The position numbers were made by a program, and so were the translations under genes. DNA of 64,000 bases, taken from IMG/VR virus record IMGVR_UViG_3300009104_001827, positions 1 to 64,000 of that record; one strand, written 5' to 3'. This document shows positions 1 to 8,631 of the stretch, piece after piece (position 1 is the stretch's first letter; each line of letters begins with the position of its first letter). Under the pieces are notes generated by a model. That model ran no database searches. It was not told where the DNA came from and saw only the letters and a list, made by a program, of their open reading frames with translations.

Positions 1-154
1 CGTCTGCGATGAAATTGGCGCAGACATTAAACAATTGGGGCACGAAATGGAAACCAAGAGAAAAAGCTACCACTCTTACTACGATGCTGCCTCAAGAGAT
101 ATAGTTGAGAGAAGATTTAAGGATGATGTAGAATATTTTAATTATAAATTCTAA
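1..154 (+). CDS. 3' end of a truncated gene, possibly sulfotransferase family
   Basis: Frame ends ...HSYYDAASRDIVERRFKDDVEYFNYKF*, resembling sulfotransferase-family C-termini; stop TAA at 152-154. Confidence 0.45.
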   Translation, partial: VCDEIGADIKQLGHEMETKRKSYHSYYDAASRDIVERRFKDDVEYFNYKF

Positions 155-165
155 TTAGAAACGTC

Positions 166-552
166 CTATTTAATTTTAATAGTTTTTACTTTCTTCTTCT
201 CCTTCTTTGGTAGAGTAAGAGTCAATATGCCGTCCTTAACCTCTGCAGAAGTCTTAAGCTCGTCAATATCCCTGCCTATGCTAAATTCTTTATGTATTGA
301 AGACTCCATGTCCTTAGTCACCTGCCGCGAACCTTCAATAAGAATAGTTCCATCTTCAATTTTAATGGAGATGTCATCCTTACTTAGCCCTGGTACCTGT
401 GCGGTTACCGTATAGGCGTCATCCTGCTCGTCCACGGTAGTCCGAAACTTATAGGAATCTAAACTCGAATCAATAATAGAATTAATACTATCATTAAACA
501 CACTAAACAGACTAGGCTGTTCAAAAAACGTTTTTGTTGGTTGGTATTTCAT
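166..552 (-). CDS. Small heat-shock protein (Hsp20/alpha-crystallin)
   Basis: VPGLSKDDISI and AEVKDGILTLTLPK alpha-crystallin motifs, C-terminal IxI; start placed at ATG 552, just downstream of a -24/-12 promoter. Confidence 0.92.
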   Translation of the reverse strand: MKYQPTKTFFEQPSLFSVFNDSINSIIDSSLDSYKFRTTVDEQDDAYTVTAQVPGLSKDDISIKIEDGTILIEGSRQVTKDMESSIHKEFSIGRDIDELKTSAEVKDGILTLTLPKKEKKKVKTIKIK

Positions 553-565
553 ATGCCAGTATACT

Positions 566-581
566 TGCAGATGCCGTGCCA
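566..581 (-). promoter_or_regulatory. Sigma54-type (-24/-12) promoter of hsp20
   Basis: Minus strand TGGCACGGCATCTGCA vs consensus TGGCACGNNNNTTGCW (1 mismatch); predicted +1 near 555. Confidence 0.65.
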
Positions 582-664
582 AAACCTAAAAGCCCTATTT
601 TAAGCGGATTCATGCGGCGAAATATGCCGCGAAAGTGCCACTTTGTCTCAAAAAATAGTGACAG

Positions 665-994
665 CTACCGAGACAGTATAATTTTCCCCGTATCGCTTAT
701 TGAAAGCTGGACCCAGCATCCCTCCTCAACCAATTCATCAAAGTCATTTCCAAAATGCTCCAGACAAACATGTGTTCGATCTGTCCAAGAATCTGCAAAA
801 CGATTATATTCTTCTATTGAGGAGATTATTATTGTTTTTGCGTGAATCTTTCCCTTGGCGAAAGTATGATAGATGTCTGCAAGCGCTTCGCTCGAATGAT
901 AAACATTATAATATTGGGTAGAATCAGTTACCTCATTCGAATGACTCCAGATAATACGATATTCTTCTGGCCTAGGATGTTTATTCTTTTTCAT
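665..994 (-). CDS. Hypothetical protein
   Basis: 109-aa ORF overlapping the end of the upstream gene. Confidence 0.7.
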   Translation of the reverse strand: MKKNKHPRPEEYRIIWSHSNEVTDSTQYYNVYHSSEALADIYHTFAKGKIHAKTIIISSIEEYNRFADSWTDRTHVCLEHFGNDFDELVEEGCWVQLSISDTGKIILSR

Positions 995-1508
995 TTAATG
1001 TCAATATATACACAGACTTAAGCTTGGTATTATACCCAAAGAAAGTTAATATGTCAAGTTTATTAGATTTCGGATATGCCATCCAGTGCCAATCCCGAAT
1101 GTCATTAGGACCTTTAATTAAGGCTATTGCAGTGTCTTCTTTAGTTAAATTGTCTAAGTTTTTTGTTTTTTTAATTTTAATATTATATTTTTTACAAAAT
1201 TTTATTAATTCTTGTGGACATGTGATTCTACAAAATTTATGATCTATTATAGATAAAATAGCTCTATAATGTGTTCTATCGTCGTCTTGTATTTCTTTTC
1301 CTATCTCAAATGGCGTCTTTTTTATGCCTAAATTATTAAATGCAATGCTTAGCGCTAGAGGGCCGCAACTCTGTAAATGACAAAGCTCGTATCCGGCTTT
1401 ACGAACCGCTCGATGCTGGTCTGTCTCGGAAAGGTAGAAAAACGGCCCGCAACCTCCCCCGAAAACGCTAAGCGTTACCGCGACAAGGAGCCGAATGGCT
1501 ATTTTCAT
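981..1508 (-). CDS. Putative exported papain-fold (C39-like) cysteine peptidase
   Basis: Signal/lipoprotein-like N-terminus, QSCGP and downstream WHW motifs. Confidence 0.55.
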   Translation of the reverse strand: MKIAIRLLVAVTLSVFGGGCGPFFYLSETDQHRAVRKAGYELCHLQSCGPLALSIAFNNLGIKKTPFEIGKEIQDDDRTHYRAILSIIDHKFCRITCPQELIKFCKKYNIKIKKTKNLDNLTKEDTAIALIKGPNDIRDWHWMAYPKSNKLDILTFFGYNTKLKSVYILTLNEKE

Positions 1509-1525
1509 ATACTATATATACACTT

Positions 1526-1780
1526 TTAATTTTTTTCGTCCCCAGGCTTCCAGTTTACGCACCATTTGTAACTATGGTTGTTTACTGCTGCCATTTCATC
1601 TGAATCAAGGTAAGATGTCGCGGCTTTCAGGTTGCATTGAAGTGTGTCTATAACTACATAAAGCTCAGTTATTTGCTTTGTTTTTTTATTAAGTTCTAGT
1701 TGTAATTTGTTTCCGAATATAGAATCCTCTGGCCACGGTTGATTTCCGCTGCCACTCTCGTCGTCTGGCGTTTTTCGCAT
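1526..1780 (-). CDS. Hypothetical protein
   Basis: 84-aa ORF with GTGTAA motif 8 nt upstream of the start. Confidence 0.7.
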   Translation of the reverse strand: MRKTPDDESGSGNQPWPEDSIFGNKLQLELNKKTKQITELYVVIDTLQCNLKAATSYLDSDEMAAVNNHSYKWCVNWKPGDEKN

Positions 1781-1923
1781 ATAGTTATTTACACGTCGGA
1801 TTTTTTTTTGATTGGATCATTTGTTGTCCATTTTCGATCGATTTAGATATTGAAAAATACCACCCCCCCTCGAAAACTCAGATGTCGGTACCATATTCAA
1901 TTCACAAAATGGGTAGGGTTGCT

Positions 1924-1962
1924 CCCCCCCCGGGGGGTAAGTTCTTGAGGCCCAACGACTTA
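1924..1962. repeat. Half element: C8G6 run plus one 25-bp palindromic arm
   Basis: CCCCCCCCGGGGGG then TAAGTTCTTGAGGCCCAACGACTTA. Confidence 0.7.
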
Positions 1963-2176
1963 CAACTTTGTAACGAAAAAAATCTCCCTTAGTAAATGAT
2001 TACCAAGTGTTTACGCATAAAAAAAAGTCGAGAATTGGTTTTTGCCCGTTTTTCCTCCGCACGACATGAAAAAAAACTTCTTTTTTTTCTCGTTGAATAC
2101 CAATGAGTTACGCATATGCTACTGCTTAAAATACGAATAAGCTCGTAAAATGTCAGATTTCTGTCATAATAAGGGT

Positions 2177-2482
2177 ATGAAAATTGAGAAAGACTTCTCC
2201 CACATCGCTGAGGCAATCGCCTTGGCTAACGCCAGCAACAACGCAGTTGCTCCACAGTTCGCTGACTTGCTCGCTGACCTACAAGGTCAAAAGCTTGCCG
2301 AAGATTTCACGGTTGAGCATGGCACGCAACACGCTTCAGATGATGAGGTGAAAGCCGAGTTCGTTTCCCTCGATGCAGTCGAGTCCGACAAGGACGACAT
2401 CGACGAGAACGACGAGAATCTCGTTGATATGGATTGCGTAAGCGGTTCATTCGCTGACCTTTTCGACACTATCGAAAGCTAA
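2177..2482 (+). CDS. Acidic early protein, paralog 1
   Basis: MKIEKDFSHIAEAIALANA..., near-identical to 6216..6515; leaderless start after CTGTCATAAT. Confidence 0.85.
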   Translation: MKIEKDFSHIAEAIALANASNNAVAPQFADLLADLQGQKLAEDFTVEHGTQHASDDEVKAEFVSLDAVESDKDDIDENDENLVDMDCVSGSFADLFDTIES

Positions 2483-2934
2483 GAAAATGGACATCATAGA
2501 CCACTGGCTCGACTTGCTCAACTTTGGTTCAGATACCGAGAAGGCTGAAGCCTTTGACCAACTGCAAGCAATGGGCTACTTTACGCCAGACGATGAGCCA
2601 GAAACTTGGTGGCTCGATTCATCAGCCGAATAACTTTAATTAATAATAAAAACACAAAAAAATTATGTTCAGAATAGAATCAATTCCTTTCGCCTCAAAA
2701 TCTGGTTGGGTTATCGAATCCATCCCAATGCTGAAGAAGCAAGCTGAGAAGCTTTACCGCTCTCGTGTTGCCAATGCCACAGGAGCAAGACGCTTTCGCC
2801 TTGTCAAAGTTAAATGAGTACAACGCAACCAAAAATCCGTCTAAAGGTTTTGTTTACCAAGTCAAGACCTCACAAGGTCAAGCGTAATACTCTACCACGC
2901 AAGGCCAAACACAAGCAACGCATTACTGCATAAG

Positions 2935-3009
2935 ATGATTGAAAGCATACTAATAGCTGGGCTAATACTACTGTTTCCCATTATACTCTGCTCGCTGAGA
3001 CCTCACTAA
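2935..3009 (+). CDS. 24-aa hydrophobic peptide MIESILIAGLILLFPIILCSLRPH
   Basis: Hand-translated; its TAA stop is the first three bases of element R1. Confidence 0.5.
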   Translation: MIESILIAGLILLFPIILCSLRPH

Positions 3010-3083
3010 GCTACTGAGTAGCAAAGACTTACGAGCCGGCCGGCAGCCCCTGTATACGTAACTCGTTGGTACTCATGCCCTTA
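3007..3083 (+). repeat. Bipartite element R1 (arm, GC core, arm)
   Basis: Arm 3007-3031, 27-bp core CGAGCCGGCCGGCAGCCCCTGTATACG, arm 3059-3083. Confidence 0.85.
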
Positions 3084-3123
3084 GCATACGAGTATAGTGC
3101 AAAACATTAGTTGAATCTTAGCC

Positions 3124-3158
3124 TTGACAAATGGCTCTTTCTGTGGTATCTTATAGGT
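3124..3158 (+). promoter_or_regulatory. Sigma70-type leaderless promoter (representative of many)
   Basis: TTGACA-N17-TATCTT with extended TG, then 6 nt to ATG 3159; same 35-nt -35-to-ATG spacing at 4640, 4892, 5441, 5953, 6181, 6954, 7595. Confidence 0.85.
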
Positions 3159-3575
3159 ATGAATAACAATAAGAACATAAACCTAGATGTGTTGAAGATA
3201 GTACTGGATGCAACCACTCCAGCCAACCTTGCGAAGATAAATGTTTCGGGTGACTTCAATCTAGTACCAACGCCATTGACTCGTGACCAAGCCTGTGCAG
3301 CTAAGCGTATGCACGCACGCTGGCAAGCTCACACTACTGGCAACACCTATGTGCTTTATGTTCAGAACAGAACTTGCGACCATGCCTTTAGGGTAGTAGG
3401 TCACGGCAAGAACCCTTGGCAGGCTGTGCTACGCTACTACAAGGGTCTTGATAACAAGGGCAGTTGGATATGGCAATGCACTAAGGTGGTTGCAGTATAC
3501 TCTTGCGTATGTGACAAGTCCACTCAGGCAGGCGATCTGCTCGCTGGTCAAGCTCAAGACAGAGCTCCTTGGTAG
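3159..3575 (+). CDS. Hypothetical early protein
   Basis: Start re-assigned to the promoter-proximal ATG; stop lies inside the R2 arm. Confidence 0.75.
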   Translation: MNNNKNINLDVLKIVLDATTPANLAKINVSGDFNLVPTPLTRDQACAAKRMHARWQAHTTGNTYVLYVQNRTCDHAFRVVGHGKNPWQAVLRYYKGLDNKGSWIWQCTKVVAVYSCVCDKSTQAGDLLAGQAQDRAPW

Positions 3576-3640
3576 TCAAGGACTTACGCCACCGGCCCCC
3601 TCCGGGCGGGCCCCCTATGTCCTTGGTGCTCAGCAGGTTA
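3562..3640 (+). repeat. Bipartite element R2
   Basis: Arm 3562-3586, 29-bp GC core, arm 3616-3640. Confidence 0.8.
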
Positions 3641-3897
3641 CAGTTTTTTAACGAAAAATATCTCCCTAAGTACTTGATGCTCTGTTAGTTACGCATAAAA
3701 AAAAGTCGAGATGAGATTTTTTCCGCAATTACATAAAAAAAAGTTAAAAAAAAATGCATTTTCTTCTCGCTGATAATCAACAACTTAGGACAATAATCTT
3801 CTCTTTTGAAAAAAAAGCTCGTCTTTTCGTCAAATTCTGTCATAATGGGAACCATAGACAATCGAGAAAGACTTTAACCCAAAAACCAAAAAAAATT

Positions 3898-4131
3898 ATG
3901 CACGGCATTACAATACTAATTCACGAATTCAACTCCTTTGTTTCTGTCAAGATTCTAGATGGAGGCTTGTTTCCACGAGTCCGCACAACTGGACGCCTTG
4001 ACGGATTGTACAAGATTCTCAAAAATGAGCTTGCCCACTTCAAGGAAATGGGAATCGAAGTTTCCTTCGCTCGAAAGAACGCAGGAAAGTTTGGCGGTAT
4101 CAAATGGAAAGACATTGCGAAACTTCGCTAA
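3898..4131 (+). CDS. Hypothetical early protein
   Basis: MHGITILIHEF... within ORF 3754..4131. Confidence 0.6.
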   Translation: MHGITILIHEFNSFVSVKILDGGLFPRVRTTGRLDGLYKILKNELAHFKEMGIEVSFARKNAGKFGGIKWKDIAKLR

Positions 4132-4179
4132 AAAAACCCTTGACAAAAACCACTTTTTAGAATAAAATAATAGAATAAA

Positions 4180-4434
4180 ATGATAGAAATTACATACATC
4201 CTCCACAATCTAGATCGAGATGGCAATCGTTTAGACATTAAAAACCAACTCTTGCGAAAAGATATGTTTGAGAACGAGCAAGCTTGCTTTGATGCTTGGG
4301 CTTACTTAAAAGATCGAACAGAAGTTGAGATTCGCTCGACTAGAGAATTGACCCAAGAAGAGGTTGACCTTAAAGTCGCAACCGCTCGCAGAATTGCCTC
4401 CGATTATCGCCCCGGCGTTTATAACGGAGATTAA
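4180..4434 (+). CDS. Hypothetical early protein
   Basis: 84-aa ORF downstream of TTGACA at 4140. Confidence 0.75.
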   Translation: MIEITYILHNLDRDGNRLDIKNQLLRKDMFENEQACFDAWAYLKDRTEVEIRSTRELTQEEVDLKVATARRIASDYRPGVYNGD

Positions 4435-4442
4435 ACAAACTA

Positions 4443-4529
4443 ATGACTGATCTAATCATAATGTTGCTCGCCTTGCTTGTGGTCACCAATCTGTGGTGTT
4501 GCTTGGTTTGGCTGATATCGGGTTCCTAA
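4443..4529 (+). CDS. 28-aa hydrophobic peptide MTDLIIMLLALLVVTNLWCCLVWLISGS
   Basis: Hand-translated; its TAA stop is the first three bases of element R3. Confidence 0.5.
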   Translation: MTDLIIMLLALLVVTNLWCCLVWLISGS

Positions 4530-4603
4530 GCCCCTAATAACCAAAGACTTACGCGCCGGCGGCGTCCCCCCGTCTCCGTAAGTCCTTGAATGGCAATAGG
4601 TTA
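4527..4603 (+). repeat. Bipartite element R3
   Basis: Arm 4527-4551, 27-bp core, arm TAAGTCCTTGAATGGCAATAGGTTA 4579-4603. Confidence 0.85.
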
Positions 4604-4674
4604 CAGAGTAAAAAAAGTGAAAAAAAGTGAAAAAAAAACTTGACTTTCTCTGCTTTCTGTGCTATTGTATAGGT

Positions 4675-4854
4675 ATGATTAAGATTGAAAAAGACGATAT
4701 CGTTCTCGACCGTTTCGGCGGTTTGTTTGTTGTGCTTGGCACAATCCAAAGCGGAGAGCTTGCAGAAGTTCGCCGTTGGGGAAGTTCCCAAATCTTTCAC
4801 CTTGTCGTCGGCGACTTCGGCGACTCTCGTGGGCTTCGTAAAGTCGTGCAATAA
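4675..4854 (+). CDS. Small early protein (MIKIEKDDIVLDRFG...)
   Basis: Leaderless promoter at 4640; N-terminus resembles 5988..6161 (DVVVDRRG). Confidence 0.7.
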   Translation: MIKIEKDDIVLDRFGGLFVVLGTIQSGELAEVRRWGSSQIFHLVVGDFGDSRGLRKVVQ

Positions 4855-4926
4855 GGCACAAACAAAAGTAGAATAATGCAAAAGAAAAAGCTTGCAATTA
4901 TCGCAAAACTGGTTTAGTATATAGGT

Positions 4927-5202
4927 ATGATTAAGATAAAAAAAGACTTCTGGACACAGAAAAATGTCCCCATGATTCACTTTCGCCAAGCGAAAATCCA
5001 AATGACCCTTGCCAATGGCGATAAGCTTGGCACGGTTCAAACTTTGCCGTTCCAAAAGAACGCACCAAGCAAAGGGCAATGGTTCGCCAAGGTTTCTGAT
5101 GTTTGGGATGTCGCAGACATTTCTTTCCGTGATCTTGGCGTACAGTCTTGCGTTGCTCCAAAAGGTCACATCGCTTGGAATCTCGTAGGAAAGGGAGTTT
5201 AA
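4927..5202 (+). CDS. Hypothetical early protein
   Basis: 91-aa ORF, leaderless promoter at 4892. Confidence 0.75.
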   Translation: MIKIKKDFWTQKNVPMIHFRQAKIQMTLANGDKLGTVQTLPFQKNAPSKGQWFAKVSDVWDVADISFRDLGVQSCVAPKGHIAWNLVGKGV

Positions 5203-5648
5203 TGTTAAAAAGATTCTTTTTTCAAACTCTTTTACGAACTCGCTACTTTGTGGGCTTTTCAAAGGTGAAATACTTTTGGAGCTTAAAATCTGCCGAGGAC
5301 TTCGCAAGAAATTGCAAAGATCTTGGAAAAACAACTGTCTGGCGTAAAGATCACAAAAGAATGTTTACTCACAACAATCTTGTCGATTACTCACTCCACG
5401 AGGACGCAAAAAACTTTTCAACCTATCACTAAAAAAACGCTTGACAAAAACGCAAAAATCTGACAAAATAAAAGCATGATTAGAATAATTCAAAACCCAA
5501 ATCTCAAAAACTGGTTTTCTCTCATTAGTGGCGAAACGCTACTTGACCAAATCAAGGGAAAAGCTAACGCATTGAAAATCGCTCGCAAGATTGCAAGAGC
5601 CGAAGGCAAAATGATTTCCGAAGAGTTTAACGCAAACAAAAAATAGAA

Positions 5649-5846
5649 ATGTACATTCCACAAACTCCAGCACTAATTGATGCAAAAATTGCACAAAAGA
5701 AAAAAGCCCTTTCCGAGTGGAAGGAAAAACTGAATAAGTCACGCAAACAGTCGTTTCTTGTAGCTAGAGCCTTGCAGGTCAAAACGCTAGAAGAAGAACT
5801 GCAAACACTGCGAGCGGTTCGAGCGGTACGGCTCACAAGGTGCTAA
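5649..5846 (+). CDS. Basic coiled-coil small protein
   Basis: 65-aa ORF; stop lies inside the R4 arm. Confidence 0.65.
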   Translation: MYIPQTPALIDAKIAQKKKALSEWKEKLNKSRKQSFLVARALQVKTLEEELQTLRAVRAVRLTRC

Positions 5847-5912
5847 TAGTCAACGACTTACGCGCCGGCGGGCCCCCGGCGTTAGCGTAACTCATTGAAG
5901 ACCAAGGAGTTA
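5836..5912 (+). repeat. Bipartite element R4
   Basis: Arm 5836-5860, core CGCGCCGGCGGGCCCCCGGCGTTAGCG, arm 5888-5912. Confidence 0.9.
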
Positions 5913-5987
5913 ACGTGAGAGAATCGTGCAAAACATTAGTTGAAAGTTAGCCTTGACAAACAGGTGTTTCTGTGGTATAGTATAGGT

Positions 5988-6161
5988 ATGATTAAAAACA
6001 AAGATGTAGTAGTAGACCGCAGAGGTCGCATTTTTCAAGTTGTCGATGCAGACTTTAAGACTGACCGACTAGGCAAACAAATCCTTTGCCGTTTGTACCG
6101 TTCGCAAAAGCGTTTCGCTTTCATGCCTTGGCAGGTAAAAAAGCATCCGTTTTTCTCTTGA
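5988..6161 (+). CDS. Small early protein
   Basis: Leaderless ATG 35 nt after TTGACA at 5953. Confidence 0.7.
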   Translation: MIKNKDVVVDRRGRIFQVVDADFKTDRLGKQILCRLYRSQKRFAFMPWQVKKHPFFS

Positions 6162-6215
6162 AAATAATTGAAAAAAAAACTTGACTTTTCCTTAAAAATA
6201 GATTAAATTGTAGAT

Positions 6216-6515
6216 ATGAAAATTGAAAAAGACCTCTCTCACATCGCCGAAGCTGTCGCTTTGGCTAACGCCAACGGAAACAAAGTTTCCGACCAGTTCG
6301 CTGACTTGCTCGCCGACCTACAAGGTCAAAAGCTTGCCGAAGACTTTACGGTTGAGCATGGAACGCAACACGCTTCAGATGATGAAGTGAAAGCCGAGTT
6401 CGTTTCTCTCGATGCAGTTGAAAATGACAACGAAGACGACGATTTCGACAATGATGAAAACCTCGTTGACATGAGTCAAATCTCTGGCTCGATGCGTGAA
6501 ATCTTTGGAGAGTAA
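6216..6515 (+). CDS. Acidic early protein, paralog 2
   Basis: Shares QFADLLADLQGQKLAEDFTVEHGTQHASDDEVKAEFVSLDAVE with 2177..2482. Confidence 0.85.
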   Translation: MKIEKDLSHIAEAVALANANGNKVSDQFADLLADLQGQKLAEDFTVEHGTQHASDDEVKAEFVSLDAVENDNEDDDFDNDENLVDMSQISGSMREIFGE

Positions 6516-6522
6516 AAAAATT

Positions 6523-6858
6523 ATGAGAAAAGTCACAGAACAAATCAAGCAAGCCTTTGAGCAAGGCGAATCTAAAAAAGTCGGAAACACCGAGACGGAT
6601 GGAACAAGCGTTTTCTTGCATGGGAATGAAATTGTTCGCCGTGATGTGAGCGGTTTGGTCTTTGCTACGCTCGCAGGTTGGAACACTCCAACCACGAGAG
6701 AAAGAGTCAACGGAATCACAGGAATGGGCTTTCATCAGGTCAACCATCAGGCTTGCCTAAATGGTGAACCGATTGACTCATCCGACTGGTTCGTCAAGAC
6801 TGCTCAAGGTGATTCGCAAGCGTTGCCACCACCGCCTAAGTCACTGACTGTCAGCTAG
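6523..6858 (+). CDS. Hypothetical phage protein
   Basis: MRKVTEQIK...AGWNTPTTRERVNG; stop lies inside the R5 arm. Confidence 0.75.
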   Translation: MRKVTEQIKQAFEQGESKKVGNTETDGTSVFLHGNEIVRRDVSGLVFATLAGWNTPTTRERVNGITGMGFHQVNHQACLNGEPIDSSDWFVKTAQGDSQALPPPPKSLTVS

Positions 6859-6913
6859 TTACGGGCCGGCGGGCCCCCGGCGTTAGCGTAACTCATTGAA
6901 AACCAAGGAGTTA
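6837..6913 (+). repeat. Bipartite element R5
   Basis: Arm 6837-6861, core differing from R4 at one base, arm 6889-6913. Confidence 0.9.
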
Positions 6914-6988
6914 GCGCGAGAGAATTGTGCAAAACGTTAAGCGAATCTTAGCCTTGACAAAAGGGCTTTTCTGTGGTATTGTATAGGT

Positions 6989-7489
6989 ATGATTAAGAGA
7001 AAAACTAAAGCTTTCGTTTTTGACTTTGACGACACTCTTGCGTTCACCGATGCAAGAGTTCATGTGCTGAGTCGGTTCAAGAGTCAAGTGGTCGCAAGCT
7101 TGACCCCTAAACAGTTCAATGATGTAAAATTAAAGGAAGGCGAAAGCTTCGACTTCTCCGACTTCGACAGAGCGAGCTTCATTCGTGACGGCAAACCTTC
7201 TAAGCTGATTGACTTAGCAAAAGAAGTTTTTTCTGAAGGTCATTCTGTGTTTATCTTAACTGCTCGCAACGATTGCGTTTCTTCTGCGATTGCTGAATGG
7301 CTTACAGACTTTGGAATCGTTGCAAGGGAAGTTCATTGCGTGGGCGAAAAAGGCACGGACATTGCAAAAGCAAAAAGACAAGTCTTGCTTGCAATCATTG
7401 AAAACTTTGACAAGGTTTGGTTTTTCGATGATGATGCTCGAAACATTGAGCTTGCCCAAGAGCTAAACCTTAAAGCTAAAAAAGTGTAA
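6989..7489 (+). CDS. HAD-superfamily phosphatase-like protein
   Basis: FDFDDTL (motif I), ILTAR (II), K (III), FFDD (IV). Confidence 0.8.
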   Translation: MIKRKTKAFVFDFDDTLAFTDARVHVLSRFKSQVVASLTPKQFNDVKLKEGESFDFSDFDRASFIRDGKPSKLIDLAKEVFSEGHSVFILTARNDCVSSAIAEWLTDFGIVAREVHCVGEKGTDIAKAKRQVLLAIIENFDKVWFFDDDARNIELAQELNLKAKKV

Positions 7490-7874
7490 AAATTACCATG
7501 AATAAAACAAAACTTGCAAAGATAATGAAAGCCAAAGGCAAAAAGAATGTTTTCGCTAAACTGATAGAAATGCAAAAAAAGTTACAGAAAAGGCTTGACA
7601 AAAATCAGAAAAAAGACTAGTATAGAGGCATGATTAAACAAGAAATCGAAAGACTCGTTTCCGTTTTGCAGGCATTGACCTTGCAAAAGTTGGAAGCAAT
7701 TAGAAACGGCAAGCAAAGAGAAGCTTTGCAAATCCAATCGGTGCAGGTTGACATCGACAACAAAATCCAAGACCTAGAAAGGCAACTTTCTTAATGGAAA
7801 TTGGAATCATTTTACTCGTTACCTTTTGCCTCGCAGGCTTGAGGGAAGCAATAAGCCCAACACTGAAAAAATAA

Positions 7875-8138
7875 ATGAAACACTTTGAAATCTTAAAAGT
7901 CGGAGTTTCGCCAGAAAGGCGTTTCCTTCAAAAAACCATGAGCGGAGCAAATTGGACAAATCAGTGGCACGCTCACAAGTTTCTCAAGCTAGATGAAGCA
8001 AAGCAAGAGGCTGACAGTCACGAGAATGTTGTCATAATCTGGGTTGATGAATCAATCCACAGCGGAGCAAATTGGGGCGAAGTAAATCCCGATTGCTCGC
8101 CAGACTTCGCTCGCCAGAGAATCGTTTCAACTCAATAA
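7875..8138 (+). CDS. Hypothetical early protein
   Basis: 87-aa ORF with internally repeated SGANW. Confidence 0.7.
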   Translation: MKHFEILKVGVSPERRFLQKTMSGANWTNQWHAHKFLKLDEAKQEADSHENVVIIWVDESIHSGANWGEVNPDCSPDFARQRIVSTQ

Positions 8139-8147
8139 AATAAACTA

Positions 8148-8258
8148 ATGAGAGAATATAGAAATCTAATCATCTGCGGAATCTTATACTGCGCAGTCGC
8201 CACGCTAATGGTCGCAGGGTTTTACCTTGGTTGCCTTCTCAGCGTCGCAACTAACTGA
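8148..8258 (+). CDS. 36-aa hydrophobic peptide MREYRNLIICGILYCAVATLMVAGFYLGCLLSVATN
   Basis: Hand-translated; TGA lies inside the R6 arm. Confidence 0.5.
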   Translation: MREYRNLIICGILYCAVATLMVAGFYLGCLLSVATN

Positions 8259-8324
8259 TTGCCAAAGAGTTACGCTTGGCCGGGCTCCCCCCTAAGTCAT
8301 AAGTCGTTGATACTCATACTGTTA
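8248..8324 (+). repeat. Bipartite element R6
   Basis: Arm 8248-8272, 27-bp core, arm TAAGTCGTTGATACTCATACTGTTA 8300-8324. Confidence 0.85.
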
Positions 8325-8631
8325 TGACCCAGAATGATTCGAGATGAATATTTGACCCTATTTGGCTTCAAAAATCAAGTAATTTCTCTATTTCTATTTA
8401 ATTGATTATCAATAGTTTATAACTATTTTTATTCATTTGTAAAAAAGTGTTTGACTCAAAATGAGATTTAGTCTATTATAGTAGGCATAATGAAAAACGG
8501 AATAAGTCTCACCAAAAAGGAACTTCAAGAAATCATCGACCAAAATGTCGGTGACGCAAACGAGGGTTGTGTTCAGTCTCAACAGATTGTTGTCCACGCC
8601 CAATGGCTATTGGATAGGATTGCCAACCAAT

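Noticed and set aside
4549-5334. 261-aa minus-strand ORF and the many other antisense ORFs in the track
   Set aside because: They overlap promoter-supported genes on the opposite strand and have no recognisable motifs
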